The notes under the pieces: model-generated
Told to the model about the DNA's origin: nothing
The model's input: only the letters and a program-made list of their open reading frames with translations
Database searches by the model: none
Shown: one piece after another, positions 9,099-16,994 of the stretch
How positions within the stretch are numbered: the first letter of the stretch is position 1
How the letters are laid out: each line of letters begins with the position of its first letter
Source: Vampirovibrio sp.
GTDB taxonomy: Bacteria; Cyanobacteriota; Vampirovibrionia; Vampirovibrionales; Vampirovibrionaceae
NCBI GenBank assembly: GCA_019634025.1
Contig: JAHQWC010000029.1
Coordinates: 1 to 52,336 of the forward strand
Direction: 5' to 3'
Length of the DNA stretch: 52,336 bases
Made by a program: the position numbers and the translations under genes

Positions 9099-10079
9099 AT
9101 GGAGATTGATGTATTCACCCAGACCATCAAGAATCGCGCGCTGTCGTTGGGATTTGATGTTGTGGGAATTTTGGCGGCAGAGCCAGTAAAGCAACCGGAA
9201 TTTTTACATACCTGGCTGGATCAGGGGTATCAGGCTGGGATGGACTGGATGAAAAACTATATGGACATCCGGCTGAACCCTGCCAGCGAGAAATTGATGC
9301 CGGGGACCAAGAGCATTGTGTGTGTGGCAATGAACTACTATACGCCGGATGCGCCAAACCCGGCCCCGGATGCGGTAAAGATTGCCAAATATGCCCGAGG
9401 AACAGATTACCACCGGGTAATTAAAGACAAGTTGAATGCGCTGTTGAAAGAGATACAAGAGATGCACCCAGGCGTGACGGGCCGAGCATTGACGGACAGT
9501 GCGCCGTTGCCGGAAAAGCCGTTGGCGGTTCAGGCAGGGTTAGGCTGGCTGGGCAAAAACGGGACGGTGATTCACCCACAAAAAGGATCGTTTTTGTTTT
9601 TAGGCGAGCTGTTGCTGGATATTGAGTTGGCGTATGACAACACCCCATTGCCCAACCATTGCGGCACCTGTACCCGGTGTATGGAAGCCTGCCCCACCAA
9701 CGCCATTGTGGCAGACCGGGTGATTGACGCCAACAAATGCATTGCCTATTGGACCATTGAGGCCAAGGGAGAGCCGATTCCACAAAACATTGCAGACAAT
9801 CTGGAAGGCTGGGTGTTTGGCTGTGATATCTGCCAGGACGTGTGCCCGTGGAATCTGAAGTTTGCGGCGCCCACTCCAGAAGAGATGCTGAAACCTCGAC
9901 CTTGGAATATTGCACCCACCGCAACGGATCTGTTAGCTTTAGATGAGGAAGGGTTTGAAGAACGCTACCGGAAGAGCCCACTAAAACGCGCTAAGCTACA
10001 GAATCTTCAGCGTAACGTCCGGGCTGCGGTTCCCAATGCAGTGAGTGCGATGGATCCGTCAGACACATTAGGCGAATAA
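9099..10079 (+). CDS. queG: tRNA epoxyqueuosine(34) reductase
   Basis: 'DYHRVIKDKL', 'GLGWLGKNG', two 4Fe-4S motifs 'CGTCTRCMEACPTNAI' and 'CDICQDVCPWN', and a C-terminal HEAT-like tail. Confidence 0.9.
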   Translation: MEIDVFTQTIKNRALSLGFDVVGILAAEPVKQPEFLHTWLDQGYQAGMDWMKNYMDIRLNPASEKLMPGTKSIVCVAMNYYTPDAPNPAPDAVKIAKYARGTDYHRVIKDKLNALLKEIQEMHPGVTGRALTDSAPLPEKPLAVQAGLGWLGKNGTVIHPQKGSFLFLGELLLDIELAYDNTPLPNHCGTCTRCMEACPTNAIVADRVIDANKCIAYWTIEAKGEPIPQNIADNLEGWVFGCDICQDVCPWNLKFAAPTPEEMLKPRPWNIAPTATDLLALDEEGFEERYRKSPLKRAKLQNLQRNVRAAVPNAVSAMDPSDTLGE

Positions 10080-10201
10080 GCTTACCGTGCAACAATTTGC
10101 TTACAATCCGAGACGCCAAACTACAAAATTGCTACAATAGTCTTGTGAGGAAAAACTGGATTATCAGCACTTCAACAGGTGTGTGAAGGAGGAATATAGT
10201 G

Positions 10202-10378
10202 ATGTCAAAAATGGATGCCAGCCATGGGATTGATGGTGTAGGTGCGGTGGTGATGTTGCCCAAAGCCTTAAGAGGCGGTAAAGACTCAACCCGCAAAACC
10301 ATCTCAACGTTTAAATCGAAGCGACTGCTGTTTTTATTTACCGGCTTGGGGAAGTGGCTGAAGGTCTTTAAGTCTTAA
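10202..10378 (+). CDS. Unannotated small basic protein (58 aa), hypothetical
   Basis: My own translation: MSKMDASHGIDGVGAVVMLPKALRGGKDSTRKTISTFKSKRLLFLFTGLGKWLKVFKS. Strong SD GAAGGAGG ends 9 nt before the ATG. The stop overlaps the convergent EEP gene stop by 4 nt. Below the ORF-track length cut-off. Confidence 0.4.
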   Translation: MSKMDASHGIDGVGAVVMLPKALRGGKDSTRKTISTFKSKRLLFLFTGLGKWLKVFKS

Positions 10379-11367
10379 GATGAAGTTTTCGCATAAAGTC
10401 CAAGGGTAACAATGACCGGTAAGTGATCTGTGCCAAGGTTTACGCCTGTATGGCGAGCAATGGTTTGAAGCTGATGGCTTACTAAAACATGATCGATTGG
10501 GATGCCGACAGGACCAAATTTAGCAGGCCAGCTGGGTTGGAGCCCTTGACCCCATTGGGTGTCGTTGAGTTGCATCCCTGAGAGAATAAGTTGAAACTGT
10601 TTGGCGTAGGGCGTTGTGTTTAAGTCGCCGGCTAAAATGAGGTGAGGGTGGAATTCACCCTGTTGATAGTGTTTGATCCAGTTGTTAATCTGTTTAAATT
10701 CCAGCTGTTCATATTTTTGCGGCATGGGGAGGGGTGGATGGGCGATTAATAAGGTGACGGGGGTTTGATGGACCATGACGTCTGCAACCATAGCGGTTTC
10801 GTTGACCAAGGATGGGTTTGGGCGGGCATGTAGAAACCGATGCTTATTAATGGGGAATTTACTGTAAAGACTGAGGTGTGCGGTCCCTTGGATATGGTGG
10901 GGGTATGGTTTTAGCGCCTCGCTGTTTGTGAGGGCGTTATCCCAGAAGGGGGTTTGTTCGCTAAAACACAGGATATCGGGTTGGGTTTGGCGAATAAATT
11001 CCTCAGTCGCTTCGACATTGTGATTGGTTTTGCCATGAAGGTTGAGGGTGACCAGTTTAAAGGTTTGGTTTTGCGGGGATGAATAGGCCTGGGGAATATA
11101 ATACGGAATTAACGGCTGAATGTTGGTGATGATGCAAGCCGCCAACAGCGTCATTAAACTCATAGACAGCCAGGAGCGCCGGGAAGGGAGCACTAACAAT
11201 ACGAGGAAAACAACCGTTTGAATGGCAAGAAGGTGAACCGTTGCGTGTTGCAACAAGCTATAGGGCCAGGGCAAGGGCATAAACCATTGGGCAACGGTGG
11301 GGACACACAGAATGAGCACCCTTAGCACGCCAAAAAGAACCACGGGGATGAGGAGAAGTCGAATCAC
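10375..11367 (-). CDS. Membrane-anchored endonuclease/exonuclease/phosphatase (EEP) family protein
   Basis: Three or four N-terminal hydrophobic helices, then EEP blocks 'LVTLNLHG', 'DILCFSEQ', 'ILAGDLNTTP' and 'IDHVLVS...GTDHLPV'. Confidence 0.8.
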   Translation of the reverse strand: MIRLLLIPVVLFGVLRVLILCVPTVAQWFMPLPWPYSLLQHATVHLLAIQTVVFLVLLVLPSRRSWLSMSLMTLLAACIITNIQPLIPYYIPQAYSSPQNQTFKLVTLNLHGKTNHNVEATEEFIRQTQPDILCFSEQTPFWDNALTNSEALKPYPHHIQGTAHLSLYSKFPINKHRFLHARPNPSLVNETAMVADVMVHQTPVTLLIAHPPLPMPQKYEQLEFKQINNWIKHYQQGEFHPHLILAGDLNTTPYAKQFQLILSGMQLNDTQWGQGLQPSWPAKFGPVGIPIDHVLVSHQLQTIARHTGVNLGTDHLPVIVTLGLYAKTSS

Positions 11368-11470
11368 AAAGAATTAAATTCCTAGGCTGTTCGTGGAGTT
11401 AGACACTTAATGAATACCACACCCCCTCAACATGTTGAGGGGGTGTGGTAAGTAGTTTACGCGAATACAT

Positions 11471-11573
11471 CGGGGTAGGTAAGAAGGAGGATTGGGTAAA
11501 AACCCAGAAGACAAAAATAATTCCTTCTTACCGAAGGGGCAGAGCCCCTAGAATTAAGTACGCAGGTGCGTAC
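11471..11573 (+). repeat. Family-A structured intergenic repeat, copy 1 (about 100 bp)
   Basis: CGGGGTAGGTAAGAAGG-[variable about 35 nt]-CCTTCTTACCGAAGGGGCAGAGCCCCTAGAATTAAGTACGCAGGTGCGTAC. It abuts the stop codon of the upstream minus-strand CDS. Confidence 0.9.
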
Positions 11574-11941
11574 TAGAATCGGTTCCACCATTTGTAGCCT
11601 TTTTTAAAATAGTCGACAAAGCCGATGGGGGAGCCAAGGACGAAGCCGACGGGAATGGCCACCGGGACGGCAACCAGTTGGGCGGGGGTGAGGTCTTCAT
11701 CGACGATGTATTCGTTGGTGTCACTCACTGCTTCGCCGACTTTTTCGGCGCCGGCGACAATACCGCCTCCCGTACCGGTCACTGCACCGGTGACCAGGCG
11801 TAACGGTAAACTCACGGTGTGCCAGACGGCGGGGTGGTCGGTTTCCCACGGGCCGTCTTCTCCGGCCAGAGCAGGTAGGTTGATGCTGGTGGCCAGAAGC
11901 AGGGTACTGAGGACAAGGCCGGTAAGCTTGGTTTTGTTCAT
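11573..11941 (-). CDS. Small secreted hypothetical protein (signal peptide)
   Basis: Start at the internal ATG 11941 ('MNKTKLTGLVLSTLLLATSINLPALAGE', preceded by GGAGGAACACACC). The ORF-track extension to 12148 lacks coding character. Confidence 0.6.
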   Translation of the reverse strand: MNKTKLTGLVLSTLLLATSINLPALAGEDGPWETDHPAVWHTVSLPLRLVTGAVTGTGGGIVAGAEKVGEAVSDTNEYIVDEDLTPAQLVAVPVAIPVGFVLGSPIGFVDYFKKGYKWWNRF

Positions 11942-12159
11942 GGTGTGTTCCTCCAATGGATTTTTAATCAGTTGAGCGTGGTTCATTACGTTTATTGTAA
12001 GGGGGAACACTTGGGTAGAGGAATGGGGGTATGACAGTTTTGATGTCTGTATGATCTGTGTTGCATTCGCAGGTATTTTCGGCTGGCTGGTTGATAGTCG
12101 GCAAAGCCGACATTGGGGTCCGTTCCCTCCCCCAAACCCCCTCCCCAATTATTTTTTTT

Positions 12160-12199
12160 GGCCTCACTAAAATAGCCTAAAGACTATTTTAGTGAGGCC
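12160..12199. repeat. Perfect 16-bp-stem inverted repeat (GGCCTCACTAAAATAG-8 nt-CTATTTTAGTGAGGCC)
   Basis: Read directly. T8 run on the 5' side of the plus strand. Shares the 'GAGGCC+A-run' module with the family-B repeats, in inverted orientation. Confidence 0.8.
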
Positions 12200-12294
12200 C
12201 TTCATAGAAGAACCCCTAGACTATTGATACCTAGCTATATTACCTGGAAATATTATGAATCAAAGGCATCATAGGCTGCTTTAAAAAGTAAAAA

Positions 12295-12392
12295 GGCCGA
12301 GCAAGCGGCAGTAATGCCGCGTAGCGAGGCCAAAAAAATATCCAGGGCCGGGTATGGGGCCGGACACAGGCCCCAGTGCCAGCTCTGCTGGC
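12295..12392 (-). repeat. Family-B structured element, copy 1 (three hairpins; likely 3'-UTR/terminator module of ffh or a REP-like element)
   Basis: GGCCGAGCAA-GCGGCA-GTAA-TGCCGC-GTAGCGAGGCCAAAAAAATATCCAGGGCCGGGTA-TGGGGCC-GGACACA-GGCCCCA-GT-GCCAGC-TCT-GCTGGC. Lies 40 nt 3' of the ffh stop. On the minus strand the first module reads as hairpin plus T-run. Confidence 0.8.
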
Positions 12393-12431
12393 TATTCTAT
12401 AACGTATATTGGAAACCATTGAAGCCTTAAA

Positions 12432-13910
12432 CTAGCCGAAGGGGAATTTGCCGCCGCCGGGGAGTTTACCACCTGGGAAGCCGCCGGGGAGGCCGCCCAT
12501 ACCGGGAGGCATGCCGCCGAATTGGGACATGTCGGGCTGTTTGTTTTTGCGTTTTTTGTTCTTTTTAGGCATATGCAACCCACCAGGGAGTTTGCCTTTT
12601 TTGGCATCATCGCCCATTTTGGTGAACTGCTTCATCATCATTTTCATTTGGTTAAACTGTTTCAGGAATTTGGAAATGTCTTCGGTTTTCATGCCGCACC
12701 CCTGGGCGATGCGTTGGCGGCGGCTGTTGTCGATGGAATCGGGGTTTTGGCGCTCGTAGGCCGTCATGGAGCTGACCATGGCTTCGATTTTTTTGAGTTC
12801 TTTTTCGCCGCCGTGGGCGATCATTTCTTTCATCTCTTTATTGAGGCCGGGAATAGGAAGCATGCCCAGGACTTGATCCAGGGAGCCCAGCATCTTCATT
12901 TGTTTTTGGATTTTCATGAAGTCTTCTAGGGAGAAGCTTTGCTTGCGCATCTTCTCTTCCATAGCCTTGGCTTCATCCAGGTCAATCGCCTCTTGGGCTT
13001 TTTCCACCAGGCTGAGGACATCGCCCATGCCTAAGATTCGGGAGGCCAGGCGCTCGGGGTGGAAGGCTTCCAGGCCATCTGGTTTTTCGCTGACGCCGAT
13101 GAATTTGATGGGTTTGCCGGTGACCTCGACGACAGAGATGGCGGCGCCGCCTCGGGCATCGCCGTCGAGTTTGGTCATGACGATGCCGGTGACGTCTAGC
13201 TGGGTGTTGAAGGTTTCGGCAACATTGACAGCTTCCTGGCCGGTCATGGAATCGATGACCAGGAGTTTCTCTTGGGGTTTGAGCATGCGTTCGACCATGA
13301 GGAGTTCGGCCATCATGTCGGTATCGATTTGCAGGCGGCCGGCGGTGTCAATGATGAGGGTGTTGTGGCCGTCTGCTTTGGCTTTGTCTAATCCGGATTG
13401 GGCAATGTGGAGGACGTCGGTGGAGCCTTCGACGGTGTGGACGGGGATGTCTACTTGTTTGCCCAGGGAGATGAGCTGGTTGATGGCGGCGGGGCGGTAG
13501 ACGTCTGCAGCGACCAGCAGGGGACTGCGACCCTGTTTGCGGAGTTTGAGAGCGAGTTTACCGGCGGTGGTAGTTTTACCCGAGCCCTGGAGACCGAAGA
13601 GGACGATGATGTTGGGGTGGCCGTCGAGATTGAGGGGTTTGTTTTCGGCCCCGAGGAGCTGGACGAGTTCTTCGTGAACGATTTTGACCAGTTGCTGGCC
13701 GGGCTGGACGTTTTTGAGGACCTCTTCGCCGTCGGCGCGATCTTTGACCCGGGAGATAAAGGCTTTAATGACCCGGAGGCTGACGTCGGCTTCCAGCAAC
13801 GCCCGGCGAACTTCGCGCAGGGCGTCTGACATATTGTCTTGGGTAAGTTGTTTGCCGCCTTTAAGGTTGGAGAAGGCTCCCTGAAGGCGTTCTGAGAGTT
13901 GATCGAACAT
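12432..13910 (-). CDS. ffh: Signal recognition particle protein Ffh
   Basis: N domain 'LSERLQGAFSNLKG', GTPase 'GLQGSGKTTTAGKLA', 'DTAGRL', 'TKLDGDARGGAA', Met-rich M domain, and a Gly/Pro/Lys-rich C-terminal tail. Confidence 0.97.
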   Translation of the reverse strand: MFDQLSERLQGAFSNLKGGKQLTQDNMSDALREVRRALLEADVSLRVIKAFISRVKDRADGEEVLKNVQPGQQLVKIVHEELVQLLGAENKPLNLDGHPNIIVLFGLQGSGKTTTAGKLALKLRKQGRSPLLVAADVYRPAAINQLISLGKQVDIPVHTVEGSTDVLHIAQSGLDKAKADGHNTLIIDTAGRLQIDTDMMAELLMVERMLKPQEKLLVIDSMTGQEAVNVAETFNTQLDVTGIVMTKLDGDARGGAAISVVEVTGKPIKFIGVSEKPDGLEAFHPERLASRILGMGDVLSLVEKAQEAIDLDEAKAMEEKMRKQSFSLEDFMKIQKQMKMLGSLDQVLGMLPIPGLNKEMKEMIAHGGEKELKKIEAMVSSMTAYERQNPDSIDNSRRQRIAQGCGMKTEDISKFLKQFNQMKMMMKQFTKMGDDAKKGKLPGGLHMPKKNKKRKNKQPDMSQFGGMPPGMGGLPGGFPGGKLPGGGKFPFG

Positions 13911-14124
13911 CTGGGCCGGTTCCGGGTTATGGGTTTACGTGTTTACCTTCGTACAAACCGGGGGGGATGACAAGGGATGTGGTAGGTTGTTACGGGAGTT
14001 GGTATTGAATTTGGCTCCAAAATACAGAGTGGTTTTTTGCTGTATTTAGTAAAGTGATGGGGAAGAGTGACTGTCAAATCCTTCAAGTGTGAAAAACTCG
14101 TCACGCTACTCCTTTAAAATTTAC

Positions 14125-14154
14125 TTGATTAATTAGGATAGGTTGGATTATTCT
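14125..14154 (+). promoter_or_regulatory. Candidate sigma70-like promoter for the island operon (TTGATT-18 nt-TATTCT)
   Basis: Hexamers read directly, about 45 nt upstream of the 60-aa ORF. Weak -10, and the AT-rich context gives many look-alikes. Confidence 0.25.
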
Positions 14155-14199
14155 TAAATGCCTTTATCAGGTATGGTCCAAGTTTAAAGAAGATAATTC

Positions 14200-14382
14200 A
14201 TGGATATTTCTAAATTAAGTCATTCTAAATATGTTTCAAAGATTGAGAAGACTAATCAGTTTTACCAATTAACTGCAAAATTTGCTGCCCAAACACAAAA
14301 CACTAAGTTTTATAATAAAGATAATACAAATGATTTTATCGATTTCGATTCAATGAAGACGGGTATCGAGGGTTTAGGTTAG
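14200..14382 (+). CDS. Candidate graspetide (microviridin-like) precursor peptide, 60 aa
   Basis: MDISKLSHSKYVSKIEKTNQFYQLTAKFAAQTQNTKFYNKDNTNDFIDFDSMKTGIEGLG. The N-terminal half is helical and F/Y-containing (leader-like). The C-terminal half is rich in Thr/Ser/Lys and Asp/Glu. First gene of the AT-rich island, co-directional with the ATP-grasp gene. Confidence 0.5.
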   Translation: MDISKLSHSKYVSKIEKTNQFYQLTAKFAAQTQNTKFYNKDNTNDFIDFDSMKTGIEGLG

Positions 14383-14520
14383 TTTTTAATCAGTTTTCAG
14401 GCTTAGATAGTGCTCCTTGGATGAAGCCTAGTTTGCTGATAGAGTGCTGCTTAAATATCAGCACTAGCCGCACAAAACTCAAAAATGCTCTATTTAGACC
14501 CTAGTAAGGAATCAGGACTA

Positions 14521-15597
14521 ATGAAATTTGAGGTTTTTTCTGATCTAAAAGAAGTATCGATCGCTTCCTTATATGATTTAGATGAAGCTAGTATTAAAAG
14601 CTTAGGAGAACAGCTTTATAAATACGGTATCGTTAAGATAAAGCACGATATTGACAGCACGTTGTTAAACAGTTTTAGAGAAGTGGGGTTTTCATTACAT
14701 AAATTACCCTGTCAAGAAAAGGAGAAGCTGACATTTTGTCCTTACATAGGGGAATATACTAATGAATCAAGAGGGTATATTGCTTACGAAAAGTTACCTG
14801 AGTCACCGATAATAGACACTGATATAGAAACATATGTAAAACATAATATGTGGGTATTTTCAGGTGGCCCATTAAATTTATACCCATCTGAAAAACTACT
14901 TCCGTCTGCTAGAAGTATTATTAGAACCAGCCTTAATGAATTGAGACGCACCGGTAATATTATACGGGATTCCTTAATGATCTACTTTGGTGATGAGCAG
15001 AGAAGACTAGAACAAATAACTGCTGCGCAGTTTGATCAATTACATATCCTTTCATTGGAATCTCATAAAGGAATAGATCCTAATAGCTCTAAATTAGATA
15101 AATATTTTCTGCGATTACCAAGCCACAAAGACGTTTACACATTATTTAAGTTGTTGTTGAGTAATCCTATTGGCGGTTTGCAAATTAAGCCTTTAACAGA
15201 AGAAAGGCAAGAGGCAGAAAATTGGTATACCCTTGAAGAGGATGGAGAAGGTTTAGATTATTTCTTTGTTTTCGCAGGAAATTACATGCCACTTTTAACA
15301 GGAAATACTATAAAATCTATTCAGCACAGAGTTATTGGCAATCAAACACAGATGCAAAAAGACCGTTTATCTATTGCTTATGCTTACCGACTCAATATAT
15401 TTGAGCCTTGGGTAAATTTTATCACCGGCCAAATGATAGAGTTTGAAGGGAAGGAGTTGTCTCCGGGGGCATGGTCGCATGTTCTTGGCAAGAATCCTAA
15501 AGCGACCGAAGAAGATTTATACTTAAACCTTCAACAACGTTGGAAGGGATTAAAGAATTTGCACAGCTACGTTAACACATTAGAATCAAGTACCTAA
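14521..15597 (+). CDS. 2-oxoglutarate/Fe(II)-dependent oxygenase (IPNS/2OG-FeII_Oxy superfamily)
   Basis: Facial triad context 'LPSHKDVYTLFKLLL...GGLQIK' (H-x-D), then 'IQHRVIG' (distal His) and 'DRLSIAYAYR' (2OG-binding Arg-x-Ser). Start placed at ATG 14521 (AAGGA 10 nt upstream); the ORF opens at 14485. Confidence 0.75.
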   Translation: MKFEVFSDLKEVSIASLYDLDEASIKSLGEQLYKYGIVKIKHDIDSTLLNSFREVGFSLHKLPCQEKEKLTFCPYIGEYTNESRGYIAYEKLPESPIIDTDIETYVKHNMWVFSGGPLNLYPSEKLLPSARSIIRTSLNELRRTGNIIRDSLMIYFGDEQRRLEQITAAQFDQLHILSLESHKGIDPNSSKLDKYFLRLPSHKDVYTLFKLLLSNPIGGLQIKPLTEERQEAENWYTLEEDGEGLDYFFVFAGNYMPLLTGNTIKSIQHRVIGNQTQMQKDRLSIAYAYRLNIFEPWVNFITGQMIEFEGKELSPGAWSHVLGKNPKATEEDLYLNLQQRWKGLKNLHSYVNTLESST

Positions 15598-15624
15598 CTA
15601 ATGATAGGAATTATGTGTTGAGTA

Positions 15625-16707
15625 ATGACTGTTCTAATTCTTGCTCCTGACTGGGAGCCACATTATCAATATATTCAACCTATTCTTCTTAAGAGGAAGG
15701 TGGATTTTGTAAGGCTTTCAGGGGAATCATACCCAGAGTATTGTGCAGCATCATTTGAGCTTTCAGATAGCAGCTCAAATACTTATTTCCTGCAAGACGG
15801 TAAAAAGTTTTATTCGTCAGATATACTCTCTGTGTGGAATCCTTATCTGACCTCCTCTAAGCCCATTGATGTGAACGATCCTTATCATAAGAAGTCGTTA
15901 GAAAAAGAGTCTGATTATCTGTTGGACGCTTTATATAGAACGATGGATACAGCTGTTTGGGTGAATCATATTGAGGCGGATAAAAGAGCGAACAAACTAT
16001 GCCAATTGACACAGGCGAAAGAAGTTGGTTTTATAGTGCCGGATACCTATATTGGTAATGATGTGGAGCAAGCCAAAAACTTTATTTCAAAGCATTCAGA
16101 CTTGTGTATTAAAAATCTTGCTCTCCCCCATACAATGCGTTCAAAAAATCACTTTGAGAAATTCGTTAGCCATTATCGTTGGGTCAGAGATAGCTTTAAA
16201 AAGCAGAATAAAGTACCTTTATTCTGGTCATTAGAGGAATACTTAAATGCAAATAAGATAAAAGTACCCACAAAGCGAGTCGATCAAAAAACATTATTAG
16301 AAAACATTGATCTGTTGAGTTATTCCCCAGCTATTATTCAGGCTTATATTCCAAAGTTATATGAGTTGAGAGTGACGGTTGTTGGCAACAAGATTTTTCC
16401 TTGTGCGATCTATTCCCAAGAGCATGCTTCAACACAAGAAGACTGGCGGGTTTCTCAAGATGAGATTTCATTTAAACATATTTCTCTTCCTACTGAAATT
16501 GAAGAAAAGTGTTTTCATCTCATGAAAAAACTGAATCTTGAATTTGGCGCCATCGATATGATTGTGACCCCTGAAAAAGAATATTATTTCCTGGAAGTCA
16601 ATACAACGCATGTGGGTTGGGGATATATTGATCATAGAGCCAGCTTGAACATTGGCGAAGCGTTGGTTGATTTGCTGGCCTGCCCTGATGGGAATAAATT
16701 GAACTGA
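15625..16707 (+). CDS. MvdC/MvdD-family ATP-grasp peptide ligase (graspetide maturase)
   Basis: 'MTVLILAPD', 'ILSVWNP', 'ANKLCQLTQAKEVGFIVPDTYIGN', 'YELRVTVVGNKIFPCAIYSQEHASTQEDWR' and 'LNLEFGAIDMIVTPEKEYYFLEVN' parallel the blocks I recall from microviridin ligases MvdD/MdnC. Confidence 0.8.
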   Translation: MTVLILAPDWEPHYQYIQPILLKRKVDFVRLSGESYPEYCAASFELSDSSSNTYFLQDGKKFYSSDILSVWNPYLTSSKPIDVNDPYHKKSLEKESDYLLDALYRTMDTAVWVNHIEADKRANKLCQLTQAKEVGFIVPDTYIGNDVEQAKNFISKHSDLCIKNLALPHTMRSKNHFEKFVSHYRWVRDSFKKQNKVPLFWSLEEYLNANKIKVPTKRVDQKTLLENIDLLSYSPAIIQAYIPKLYELRVTVVGNKIFPCAIYSQEHASTQEDWRVSQDEISFKHISLPTEIEEKCFHLMKKLNLEFGAIDMIVTPEKEYYFLEVNTTHVGWGYIDHRASLNIGEALVDLLACPDGNKLN

Positions 16708-16744
16708 AATAATTAACCTCTGTTGCTGATAGTTACCCAATTTT

Positions 16745-16861
16745 TGTCATTCCCGCGAAGGCGGGAATCCATTCTGCGGAATCGTGAAGAAGCTTTACCC
16801 GGTAGCACCGAAAGATAATGGCAAGTGCTACCAATGGATTCCCGCCTTCGCGGGAATGACA
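16745..16861. mobile_element. 117-bp MITE-like element with perfect 28-bp terminal inverted repeats
   Basis: Left TIR TGTCATTCCCGCGAAGGCGGGAATCCAT (16745-16772) is the exact reverse complement of 16834-16861. Each TIR contains the palindrome ATTCCCGC-GAAG-GCGGGAAT. There is an internal 8-bp stem GGTAGCAC/GTGCTACC. No transposase. Confidence 0.85.
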
Positions 16862-16994
16862 ATCTAACGTTTGAAGACTAACGGCAGAAACACTTTTCCA
16901 GATGAAGTAAATTGACATCCCCTCAAACCTGAATACTTTTTATCCAGGGAAACCAGGAGGTACAACCAAAACAAAAAAGAGGGGAATATAACTT

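Noticed and set aside
12295-12392. Family-B element as SRP (4.5S) RNA or a tRNA fragment because of proximity to ffh and a 'GGCCGAGCG' start
   Set aside because: It lacks the conserved SRP domain IV sequence (GGAAGCAG / symmetric-loop motifs) and has no tRNA cloverleaf, anticodon arm or T-loop (GTTCRANYC).
12448-13884. Multiple plus-strand ORFs (66-194 aa) overlapping ffh
   Set aside because: They are shadow ORFs antisense to an unmistakable Ffh coding frame.
14421-14504. 27-aa ORF (MKPSLLIECCLNISTSRTKLKNALFRP) as an alternative RiPP precursor
   Set aside because: It has no SD (it is preceded by CTCCTTGG), it overlaps the stem-loop and the oxygenase ORF start, and it lacks the acidic/hydroxyl-rich core expected for an ATP-grasp substrate.
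16733-16918. 61-aa minus-strand ORF ('...REGGNP...IPAFAGMTKIG')
   Set aside because: It is produced entirely by translating through the MITE inverted repeats. This peptide signature is a known artefact of ATTCCCGC...GCGGGAAT-type repeats.
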